In this document: piece by piece, positions 22,410-33,818 of the stretch | Layout: each line of letters starts with the position of its first letter | Position numbering within the stretch: the stretch's first letter is position 1 | DNA from: Monocercomonoides exilis PA203 | Lineage: Eukaryota; Protista; Preaxostyla | NCBI GenBank assembly: GCA_001643675.2 | Contig: LSRY02000044.1 | Span: 248,001-312,000 of the forward strand | DNA: 64,000 nucleotides | Reading direction: 5' to 3' | Notes under the pieces: generated by a model | What the model saw: only the letters and a program-made list of their open reading frames with translations | The model's database searches: none | Told to the model about the DNA's origin: nothing | Program-made: the position numbers and the translations under genes

Positions 22410-25400
22410 ATGAAAAGAGATAATTTAAAGTTTGTCTTGCTGAAATGGAATTATTTGTTTCTTTCATTTTATTTAGCTTTATAAATATGTTTATGAAAAG
22501 ATCTTTTTATTCTCAATTTACGATACCCCTTTGGATTAGCGTTTTTACAGCATCAAAAAAGTTTGCATTTTCAATAACATTGAAAAAACCAAAAATTTAT
22601 CTTTGATACGATGTAATTCGTTATTTTTTATAGAAAAAGAATGCTTAGAGAAAGGGATATTGTTCCAACCAAAAGAATAGACAAAGTGTTTTCTTCTTTG
22701 TGGATTTCTGATCGTTTTTGTGTTTTTGGAACAAAAGATAATATCCTCTGCAATATGGATGCATTTAAGGAAAAAATCTTTTTTCATGATCTACCTCACG
22801 GACGTCGTTTTTATGAAGAAACTTGTTGTGGAATCCATTCAATGAGCATTAACCCATCAGGAACATTGTTAGCTAGTGGAGGAGAGAACCCTTGTGATAT
22901 AGCCGTATTAAGCTTGCCTTCGTTGGAGGGGAAGGCTATTTGCGAAGGAATGAATGATTGGGTTTTTGGGATTAAATGGATTGATGATGTCACCATTGTC
23001 GGCTGCGGTAGAGATGGAAGCGTTCGAGTGTGGAACATTTTACGTAGTGACTTAAAGAAATGTAGAGAAACATGTAACTTTAACAAAGTTGCAAATTTTT
23101 TAAATGAAAATGATTTGTCGCAGAATTTTCCGAAATTCATTTCTCCTGTTTGTGAATCTGAATCAGGATGCAATAAAATACGTGATATTTCGTTAAATCA
23201 GAATAAACGTTCTTCTTTTTGCACACTTTCACTGAATCATACAGTATCAATTTGGGATGTCAATTTTACGCATCCGTCGCGTGGAAGTTTTTCTTCTGAT
23301 TGTCTGCCTTTGGATCAATCAAGACTTGTTCCATTGATTAATTTGAGCCTACCAACACATCTCAGTGATTTGACATGCCTTACTGTCTGTGACGGTGGAG
23401 TGGCAGCTTGCAGCAGCAATGGGGATGAACTGTTTAGGGGTTCTGCATACGAGAACGAAGAATTGGATGATCATAACGTGAGCATATATGAAGAAGATGT
23501 TGATGGAGGCACATGGCTAAATGCAAGGGACTGGAGGGATGAAAAAATGCTTCGCAGAAATGAGCGGGAGAAAAGGCGGAAAAGAGAGGAGAATCTCTGT
23601 GAACGGGAAGAATTCGACCAAATTAGGAGCAAGAGAGCAGAAAGGCTGTCTGTAAAGCTGCTCAATGAAGGCGGGGATTCTGTGCATGGATGGCTGAGTG
23701 GAAGGAAAACAGCAAATTATGGAGGAGGAAGCGGAAGGATTGCAGTGGGATCGTTTACACATTTGCTATTTTTGGATGAAAGAGAGCCACAGCGTGGAAT
23801 ATGTTGTCATTCTTCTAGCACTTCGATTTATTCTGTAGCAAATGCTTCTTCTTGGGCTTGTGATCACAATTGCGACTCACCATTTTGTTCCAGTCAAATT
23901 CTGTGCCCTGGACAAGGTCTGAATGATGAAGGATTTTTGGAAAAGGAGATAAATATGCTATTTATGGAGCAGCTATTAACAAAGGCTTTCATGATAGTAA
24001 TAATGCAATACCTCCTTTATTTAATGCAACACGTTTTGTTGATTTTTATTTATTTATTTATTTATTGTGTTTGTATTGCATTTGTTATACTAGAATAATA
24101 ATGTTCATCCATTGAGCATAACTAAAAGAACTGCCTTTCATTTATTCATTGATTTATTTATTTATTGTGTTACGTTGTGTTTTATATTATTATTATTTTT
24201 ATTCATATTTTGAAAGATGAAGGTATTCATCTTTTGTTATTTATTGCTACTTAATGTATTTTTATAAATTCTTTGATTACTACGTTATTAATTGTTTTTA
24301 AACTTTTTTTTAACAGATTTTAATTTCACAAATTCTTTTATAATTTTTATTCTTACAAAGAAATGTTAAAGCTTACATTTTTGTATTTATATTTTGATAT
24401 TTGCATTTGAGTTGTGCTTTATTTGAATTGTTTTCAAAGGCATCTTTGCGAGCCATCATTATTTTTTATCTTGCAAATTGATTTTATTCTAATTTTTATT
24501 TATGAAAATGTTCTATTGTTCATATTTTAAGTGTGTTATTTCACTTTGTTGCTTGAACATACTGGTTCCATCTGTTGATGGTTTCCTTCAAATGCTTTTG
24601 CATTTATAATATTAGTACACACATAAATTCATATTTATTGTGTTAAAGTTGCATAATCATTCACCTCTATTGAGGTTGAAATTTATAAAATCAAAAGAAT
24701 ATTCATAAAAATTCGTATTCGTTTCGGGAGTGGTTATCCTTCTCGAATACACTTGTCCAATGCAAAATTTGGCATTCTCAAAACCAATATTCTTCTTTAA
24801 GAAGTGAGAATTACTTTAATTGATGGAATTTATCTTTTGAATTCATCAATCACAATTTTTTCTTAAATATTTATTTTGTAATTTTAATTTTTCTCAATTT
24901 TCAAATTTCGTGCTTTTATTGTTTTAGGCATTCGATCTTTATCATCGCTTGGACATGACGTGTGGGTGGGAATGGGAGATGGAAAGATTGGTGTTGTCGA
25001 TGAAAGAATGATGAAATTTGTGAAAATTGGATCAACGGATTCTGATTTGCCCTCATCTTTGGCTTCAACACAAACGGAACAACAGTGCTTTAGATCTTCA
25101 TCCGATGAAATCACATACAAAATCGGAAGAGGAACATTGTTCACCGACGAATTTAGTGTAATCACAGGCAACACCAACGAGCAAAGAGCAGAAGTCGAAG
25201 AAGAAGAAGAAGATGATGATGACAGAAATGATGAAAGAGCTGAAGAAGAGAGAGAAGCTATTGATCCCTTATTTTCTTTAGAGCATGATGAAAGAGAGAA
25301 TACTACGGAGAGAATGAACCTTAATCACGTTCGAAGAATATCAACGGACGCTTTCGATGACAGCATTTTCAACGATCATTCTCTCGAAGAAGGCAATTTT

Positions 25401-25694
25401 CCTTCGACGAACCGGCTTGGTGATACGTCTTTTGCTAATCGAAGAGAGAATTCAACTGCAGAAACCACCCCTGTAATTCCATCTCCTCCAAGGCCTCATC
25501 TGCACTCTCCTTTGATTCCTGATACGCAACTTCTGCAAACAGTTCTTGAACAGCTGATTGAAAGAGAGAGTGAGGGTGTAGCCATTCCGAATTCCGTCTT
25601 CACTCTTTCTTTTTCACCCGAATCGATCGAACTGTTTGCTGGCGGAGGTCCTTTTCCTGCCTCGCTCAAAGGGAATTTCATTGGGCTTTTGTAA
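22410..25694 (+). CDS. DCAF12: DCAF12-like WD40 substrate receptor; predicted exons 22410-22429, 22477-22560, 22634-23916, 24928-25694
   Basis: DKVFSSLW...GTKDNIL, CGIHSMSINPSGTLLASGGENP, DWVFGIKW...GCGRDGS, GIRSLS...VGMGDG and the C-terminal LFAGGGPFPASLKGNFIGLL match DCAF12 hallmarks. GT-AG introns join in frame. Confidence 0.85.
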
Positions 25695-26219
25695 CACTGA
25701 AACACTTCGTTCACCTTTTATTACCATTTTTGAATTTATTCACTTCATCACTTTTTTTGTATTCTGTAACAGCAACATGCACATATCTTTATATTCTTTA
25801 TTGTAAAAGAAGTAAAAAGAAATAACAAATTCAGTTTAGGGTTCTATTGTATATGAATTAAAGTGAACGCTAAAAGCGGAGTGCAATTGAAAAAGAAAAT
25901 TGCCTATATGAAAGAAAAGAAATAATATGAGAGAAATATTTTAAACCGTTTAAGGCATAACATTTAATTAAAAAAAAAAAAAAGAAAGTAGGCTTATTTT
26001 AAATTCAGACAAGAAAAAGCAAATGAATCGACGATGAGATGACGAAGAATAATAAAGAATCAGTCTCTTTTCTAATAATCATCGGAAAAAAAAAACAAAA
26101 TCTGAACTAACTCTCACACTCTCTGACAAGCAATTCATTGCTCTAACCAGAACAGAAAAGCTTTGCCCAATTGCAGCAAACAATAACAACAAAAACTCCA
26201 ATTAATATTCTGCAATAAT

Positions 26220-27309
26220 TTATTTCTCTTTCTCTCTTTCAATTTCCGCAAAATGCCTCTTCAGACTCTCTTCCTCCTCCTTCGACAGGGATGCCAGCTC
26301 AATTGGAGGCTTCTGCTTCGACTTCTTTGACAAAATCTCTCCTGTTTGCGTCGTAAGACCATCTACAGGCTTTCGCGCAATGATGCAGCGGGAGATAGGC
26401 AGAATTGGCGACGAGGATACGATTTTCTCGATTTCCATCCCAAACTTCTTCAGAAGCTTTTTCGTCCGCTCCATATGCCAGAAGTCGTGGATCACCAGCA
26501 AACCTCCGTTTTTGGTCACTCGGACCATCTGGATGATCGTTCGGTCCAGAGAGCCCTTCGACAGATGGTGCGCAAGATCGGCACAGCAGCAAACATCAAA
26601 ATAGTCATTCGGGTAGGGAACATTTCGTGGATCTCCTCCAAGCAATTGGACACGATCAGCAACGCCTTCAATCTCTGCATTTTTAAGGGTCAGCTTAGGA
26701 GTTTTCAATGAGCGATCAAGAATTTTTCTTTCTCTGTCTCTTTCAGTTTCCCAAATATCAACTCCATGAGCCTTTCCTCCATTATTAAGAAGCTTTGCTA
26801 ATCCAATTAGAATAAGTCCACTACCTGTTCCAACATCAAGTACCTTAAATAATATTATGAAAAATTTATACAACCACAATTGCTAAAGTGAAAAGCACAC
26901 GATTTCATCACCTTTAAGCTTTGGACTCAATTCTCGAACGATTATATCTCTAGCCCTTTTTGCGCCAAAAGTATTTGCATATGACAAATAGCAGGCAACA
27001 GCAAAAACAAAAGAAGCTTTCCATTTAAACAAAAAAAATTTAATTGAAATTAATATAACTATTTCACATAACAATTCGAATAAACATACCGATCACAATT
27101 CCTCCAACTTTATAAACATGCCCTAATTTATCTCCAAGGCTAAATGACAAAAAGTAAAGTGCTCCCGCAAGACCAAAAACGAAAAAGTCAACACGAGAGA
27201 CAAATAATGCTGAAGTGATGAAAAACACGATAAAATATATAACAGTATTAATAAACATTATTTAAAGAGTCAAACAATAATCCGGTTTTGGAGTTTTATT
27301 TTTGGACAT
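26220..27309 (-). CDS. Class I SAM-dependent methyltransferase with N-terminal TM segments (4 predicted exons)
   Basis: LKGDEI|VLDVGTGSGLILIGLAK, AHGVDIW, NAEIEGVADRV, GDPRNVPYPNDYFD, RVTKNGG. Three short GT-AG introns join in frame from ATG 27309. Confidence 0.85.
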
Positions 27310-27747
27310 TTGTCAAACAACAAACAAGATTGGTGATTTATCCAATATACTGATTATGGTCTTTCATATTTGTCAATGAATAATTTATTGATATCATAGT
27401 TGCTTTCTTCAAGAATTTGCAGTTGCCAGCTTGATTTGATTTCGGGTTTCTTTTTTCATTCACAAATGATGCTTTGAAATGTTCAAATAACACTCAACGT
27501 TACCAATATCATGCTTTTTATTCAATGGATAGTTCTCGTTTCAATCATTCACAAAACATAAAAATGAAATTGAGCAACGAGCAAAAATCATTGACTGAAT
27601 CGAAAAGAATATCTTTTTTTATAAAATATTAAAAATGGAAAAGAAGTGATTAGCTCTTTTATAAATCAAAATATAACAATATTATACTAAATATTGCAAA
27701 TTACATAATTTGAAATGAGATTGCAATGAATTTGTTGAGAATTATGC

Positions 27748-28167
27748 TTATTGAGATGAGACTGAAGAACTTGATGAAGGCGAAACCTTCGGTGCAGTTG
27801 AAGCTTTGTAAAATGCTGCTTTTTTCTCCGCTTTTTTCAATGTAATAACGTACATTATGCTGCTGAATATTCCAGCAACAACCCAGATTCCTCCAGCAAC
27901 AAAACTTTGCCAGGCCAACTTCTCATACTCTCCATTTGACAAAGGCTCTCCAAGAGGAAGTTTCAAAGAAAAGCACATTCCGAACATGAAAAGAGTCACA
28001 GCACACACGGCTGAAAAAGCAATGCAGCATGATGCACCTAAGAAAATATCAAATTTAAAGAATTATTTAAAGATGAATGGACAAGTTAATCAATTTAAAA
28101 TTATGCATTAATTTTCATATAATTTCGCGTGCTTTCGAAATGTCATACAATTAAATGTTAATTTCAT
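27748..28167 (-). CDS. RNase kappa / V-ATPase V0 subunit f-like small 2-TM protein (2 exons)
   Basis: Spliced product MKLTFNCASCCIAFSAVCAVTLFMFGMCF...YEKLAWQSFVAGGIWVVAGIFS fits the RNASEK pattern (CxxxSxxxxxxLxxxGxxF...YExxxxxxFxAxxxY/W). Confidence 0.65.
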
Positions 28168-28426
28168 TTTTTGATAATTTGATATTATCTGATCAAGTAA
28201 GATCTATTTTGTATAATTACTTAAATAAAAATATGATTATGATAACTTCAATTAAACCTTTAAGATTTCTGAATAAATATATAAATAAATACACTAGAAG
28301 GCGTTAAAGATTGCTGTTGAAAAAAAAAAAAAATACACAGATTATTGAAGAAGAAGAAGATTATCATATTTATAACAAGAGAGAAAAAGAAAATGATCAA
28401 TTTTTACGAGAAGCTTTAGCGTCTTC

Positions 28427-29546
28427 TCAATCATGAGTGCAGTAGCAGCCATGAGCGCATCCGTGTGAGTGTCCCTGCTTGTGGTTTTTGTGATGTGAGC
28501 AGCAGTCAACGTCGCACGTGCACTCTCCACAGCAACCGCACCCTCCTCCCTCTCCTCCCTCTCCTTCAGCCTCTTCCTCGTCTCTCACACTCTCCCCAGT
28601 GAAGTAGTAATACGACCTCGGCACGACTTTGTCGACGAGGCAGTTTGTGTTCTCTGTCAGCAGCGGAATAACAGCCTGCCGGGGCATCTGGGTGAGGTAG
28701 GTGGCTCTGTCTTCCATCGTGTCGATGAAGGCCTCTTCGTCTGGGTGGAAAAGGTTGTATTCTTCTCCCAAGCGAGACGCAAGAAATTCGGGTGTGATCA
28801 TGTCATCATCATCATCTTCATCTTCATCATCGTCTTCTTCACTATCATCATATTCATCCCCTCCTTTTCCTCCTTTTCCTTGTTTTTGCTTCTTATTGCT
28901 GCTGTTATTCTTCTTCTTCTTCTGTGTTTTCTGCGTCTTTTTGCCCTTCTTCGCGTTCTCCTTCCTCTTTGCCCTCTCTTTCTCCATCTTTTCCAGCAGC
29001 TCCTCAACTTTCCCCCTCATCTCTCTGTGCTTGTTCCTCCACACTTTCTTCCTCATCTTCTCCTCTTTCGCCAAACGATCAAGTTTTTCATTCATTTCTT
29101 CGTCATTCAAAAAGAGATCAAAGAACGAACGCGTCGCAAACTGCACCTTCACCAGCTTCGGCTTCGAGTTCTTCTTGTTCTTCTCTTTCTTCTGCCCTTT
29201 CCCTTTCCCTTTCCCTTTTGCTCCCTTTCCTTTCCCTTTTCCACCTTCTTCCTCTTCTTCCTCTTCAATTTCTTGTTCCGGCACCTCAGCCTCGTCCACC
29301 CCGCAGTCCATCCCTTCCTTCCACTCCACTTTCGTCCCTTTTCCCATCACATCGCTTCTCACCCTGTTCAGCGTAGGCTCCTGAATAACATACCTCGTCA
29401 GCTCTTTGTTCGCAATGAACGGGTTCTCTGCAAAGATGAACGTGACTGCTGTGAGTAAGGGGGGGATCATACCTGCTCCACTTCCAGTGGGTGTAGATGA
29501 AGATGACGATGCTGTGGAAACAGTGGAAGCGGTGGAAGAAGCAGTA

Positions 29547-29578
<32 letters not shown>

Positions 29579-30961
29579 TGTTGCTATTGGGAATGAATTG
29601 GCAGAAGAAGACATCGAAAGCGCAGAGGGAGAAGAAGGAAACGACGCAGCTGAAGCAGACTGTGGTGCAGCTGGAGGGAAAAGCTCTTCAGCCTGCTCTT
29701 CTCCAAAGCCATCTCCTTTTTGCTTCTCATCTTCCGAATCTTTGCCTCCTCCTTCCTTTAGTGACTTTCCTTCTTTTTTGTCTTTGCCTTCTTTGCCTTC
29801 ATTGTCTTCGTTATCTTCATTGTCTTCCTCTTCCTCTTTCAGCTTGTCAATTGCATTCATCAGAGGCGAGCGCGGGATGCCTGGCGAGTGCGGCGATATC
29901 ACAGGAGTCGTCGAGTGAGACGAATGCGCTGAAAGAGGAGACGGAGAAAAGCAAAAATGCTGCGCTGACCCAAACGACGCCGAAGAAGGGGAAACAAGCG
30001 GAGAATAATGAGGAGCTGAGCCTGGAGCAGAAATACTGCCTATCTGAGGAGGATATGCAGAGCATGCTCTTGCAAAAGAAGAATCCAACATGTGGGACTG
30101 AGACGCAGACAAAGGGAAGAATGGTGATGTAGATGACGAGCGCAATGGGGACTTAGGGTCATCAGCTCCCATTGCAAATGGATTCTTCGGAACCATCGGA
30201 AATCCGCCAATTGCAGCCGATTCGGCAGAATCAAGACGTCTGACGCGAATTTCTTCCAAATAATGAAGAACTTTCTCATCCTTCGGTGATACCAACTCAT
30301 CAATAACGCTGTTACATATGGCATCAACCCAATAATCTGGAATACCTCGATCACTTCCATCTGGCCTTTTAACAATTGGTTGCCTTTCTGATTCTGGCAC
30401 TTCGGATTCTGGCTTTTCATTTAACGGAGAAAGTTCTTCTTCTTTCGGTTCATAAAGTCCAATAACAATTTCATTTCGCTTTTTAAAAACTTCAAGATAC
30501 TCTTTTTCGTATTTTGAAATTAAATCCAATTCTTCCTCAAATAACTTTTTTTTTAATTCATCGTACTCTTTCTGACACTTTTTTATTGCCAAAATTCGTC
30601 TTTGTTGCACATGTGTAAATGAATCAAGGGCTGAGGGTTCAGGTATTGAAATTCCTTTCAATTTTTCTTGGAACAGTTTCGACATTGTGTTTGGTGTTGC
30701 ACCTGCTAATAAATTTTAGCATAATTATAAACGATAAAACAATTACAGAAAAAATAAAAAAAACTTGCCTGGACCAAAGAAATATGATTTGAATTCTGAA
30801 GCCGCTCCCATTGGAGTATTTTGTGGAACTTGAGGCAATGGCTTATCTGGCATTGGAGAAATAGGTGGAAGAACTTGAGGAACACCTGCAACTGGAGTGG
30901 GTGCAGGTGAATATTCTGAAAATGACAATTCTGGTGGAGTTATTGTCAATCGATGCATCAT
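28427..30961 (-). CDS. Nucleosome assembly protein (NAP1/SET family) with large low-complexity insertions; GC-AG intron 30768-30703
   Basis: KYEKEYLEVFKKRNEIVIG, GIPDYWVDAI, DEKVLHYLEEI, FIFAENPFIANKELTR, GTKVEWKEG, SFFDLF, VVPRSYYYFTGE. Confidence 0.9.
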
Positions 30962-31342
30962 TTTGATCTTTATCACGAACTTTGGTAGTCATTGATCTTA
31001 AAATGAACATAACACTAATTAAATCACTTTTGAAACATCATATATGAAACATCGCTTATGTGTGATATGTTTACAATATTTGCTGCTAAAATAAATAATC
31101 TTGATTTCACTTTTTTGTTTTCGACAAAATAATTTCGCAATAAATTTGTTTTCGTTTTTTAATTTTCCATGTGCATTCATTAACTAAAAGATAGAAAATT
31201 ATTGGAAAAAAAATTTGGATATAAAAATATTAATAATATAATGACAATCAATCTCATTTTAAATCGAATTTTTCATTTAAAAAAAAGATTTAATTATTAT
31301 TATTCAATCATATTTTGTCCTTGATTTATATTTTAATATTTT

Positions 31343-32500
31343 CTAACTATTTTTTGAAAAATAATGATGAATGGTGTTATTATTTCTTGGAGAGAATTGC
31401 CGACAGTTGTTAGAGGTGCCGAGAACACAAAAGGGGAATACGATGACAATCTGACGAGATATGAGTTCAACAGGGATTAAAGAGCTTGAATAATATAGAG
31501 AATAAAGAACGGGCATCGGGTATTGGATTGAGTGTTTCATCTGTTTGAATATGGTGACAAAGTACTGGCTAGCATATGTAATTTTATGCATTGTTGCGAT
31601 TGAAAAGGGAAAAGAGAATAATGTGATGATCACAATGAAGTTTGTTGACGATACGTATTCGAAGCATGGCTGCATATCAGTATTGAAAAAAGGAGGAGCG
31701 GAGCCACGCACAAAACTGCAAGGCGAGCCATATGACTTGTGGAACGGAGAGCTCTCGGCACAGCTCACCAGCGGCGACGACCCCAACGGAGAAGAAGGCA
31801 CCCCCATGTTCGGAAGAGCCGGCGAAGACACATCTGCCGCAGGGTCACACGGCGAGGGAGGAGACGACAGCGCCAAAGACCAGCTGCCCTGCTGTGCCGC
31901 CTGCTGCTGCGCTGCCATCAGGCTCTTCAGCCGCTCCATCTCTGTCCTGCTCAAAGGCCATGCACGCCAGTGAATGAAAAGCGACTGCGAATGCGACACA
32001 GAAAGAGCACTGAGGACAGACAGCGATGCCCCCAGAGAGAATGCTGTGCACGGGACAAGCTGCGGGGCAAGTGCCGAACAAGAAGAAGAAGAAGAAGAAG
32101 AAAAAGAAGAAGAAGATGAAGACGATGATGATGGAGAAGCATTCACTGAGTGTGCCAAATGCATCGGACCAAAGACGACTGCCAAAAGCATCTGAAGCGC
32201 CTGGTCGATGGCTGCTCCAAAGACACCCTCAAACAACCCTGCTCGTCTGCCTCGCAGCGCTGCGCTGAACACACACATCCAAACGCCCCCTTCTCTGAAG
32301 AGCCATCTTTTCTCATCCGCCAATAGCCCATGCCTCTCGCTCCCTGCGCCACCAAAGAGTTCTGCGCTGGAAGTGTCACAAACGGCGATATCTCAACAAA
32401 ATTGGTGGCCAATGGAATAAGCGCATAATGCGTGCACAGCCCTCGCTCAGCTGACAGCGGCACAATCAGAACATAATCCTCTGACATACATTTCCAAGCA
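31343..32500 (-). pseudogene. Hypothetical gene fragment (frameshifted, low complexity)
   Basis: GC-rich coding-like ORFs 32143-32529 and 31343-32323 overlap in different frames; no family recognised. Confidence 0.35.
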
Positions 32501-33818
32501 CAGAAGAAAAGAAAAGAAAGGAAAATCATAATATATTTAAATCAAATTATATATAAAAATTTCATAAATACACACATAAAAGAATTTCACATCCAAATCT
32601 CTCCTCTTGTCAGTTGTCGCAAACATATCATTCGTTAGCCAATTGTTCAAACATTTTATATTCTTGCTCATCCACTTCATTAAGTTCTGCTTTTTCAAGC
32701 AATTGTCATCAACTGCTCAAAAAGTTTGCCTTCTTTTCCTTTCAATCATTTCATTATTGCATCTTTGAATAAGTTAATGAGTGAACATAAATCCATTTCC
32801 TCTTCCAAAACGTTGATGATGAACGACGATCCAAAAACATTCGAAAGAATTGTTTCAATGGCATCTTCTTCCATTCTTTTTTTTCGTAATCATCAATGCT
32901 GCCTGTTCTCCTCTTCAATAATGTTCCAATCTAAAAACAGCCTTCAACCTGCTTCTGCCTCCTCATTTTCCCTTCTTCCTTTCTCCAATAAAATTTCTCC
33001 CAGAAAACTGAAATCATCAGGCATTTCTCTTATGACTTCCATTTTCCTTGAATATGAGAAAATAAAAATAAAAATAAAAAATTGTATTTTAATGAAAATA
33101 TCCGAATAAAACAGAGTTTGTCGCATACCAATAGTAAATTCCATTAATTCCCTGCAACCCCTTTGCCTCAACAAAAAACATACAATTTCACTCATTTCAC
33201 ATTTTATCCTTTTTCCCTTGAACTGAAATTCCATCTCTATCTGTGAGAAAAACACATCAAAAACCCAATCCAAATGCTCGAATAACCTTGTTCCATGCAT
33301 CCCTTCTCTTTTGTGAAAAGTGTCTATTTCATCCAATCTGGGCAAAAACAATCATTTCTTTCAAAACATCGAAAATCGCTTCAAATAAAAATATCACAAA
33401 TAATCCACCAAAAGACATACATTTATATGTGGTGCAGAATCACAAAACTTTCAGCACTCACACCTCTTCTGTTCATCTGTTTTCATCAATCTTCACAACA
33501 TTCATTTCTTTCCCAATTGCCTTTTCTCATGAAAATACAGCCATCAAAATTATATGCTCTAAATCATATGTTGTTCCATCCCAGAGGCAGATATCGCTGG
33601 ACGGAGAGTATCGGTTGAAATATCAGACGATCATCAAAAATGGATGATTCATTCTCTATTATTCATCGGATCATAAATAAATATATAAAACAAACAAAGG
33701 AGAATATTTATTTCCATACAATAATATAATTATCAACAAAAGTTGAATGTTAATTTTTTTGTTGAAGTGCCCATATTAGTCTGTGATAGAAAAAAGAAAA
33801 GAAAGCAGTTGGAGAGGC

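Noticed and set aside
23925-24224. GATGAAGG direct repeat as the TSD of an insertion disrupting DCAF12
   Set aside because: A canonical in-frame GT donor at 23917 lies upstream, so the gene need not be disrupted.
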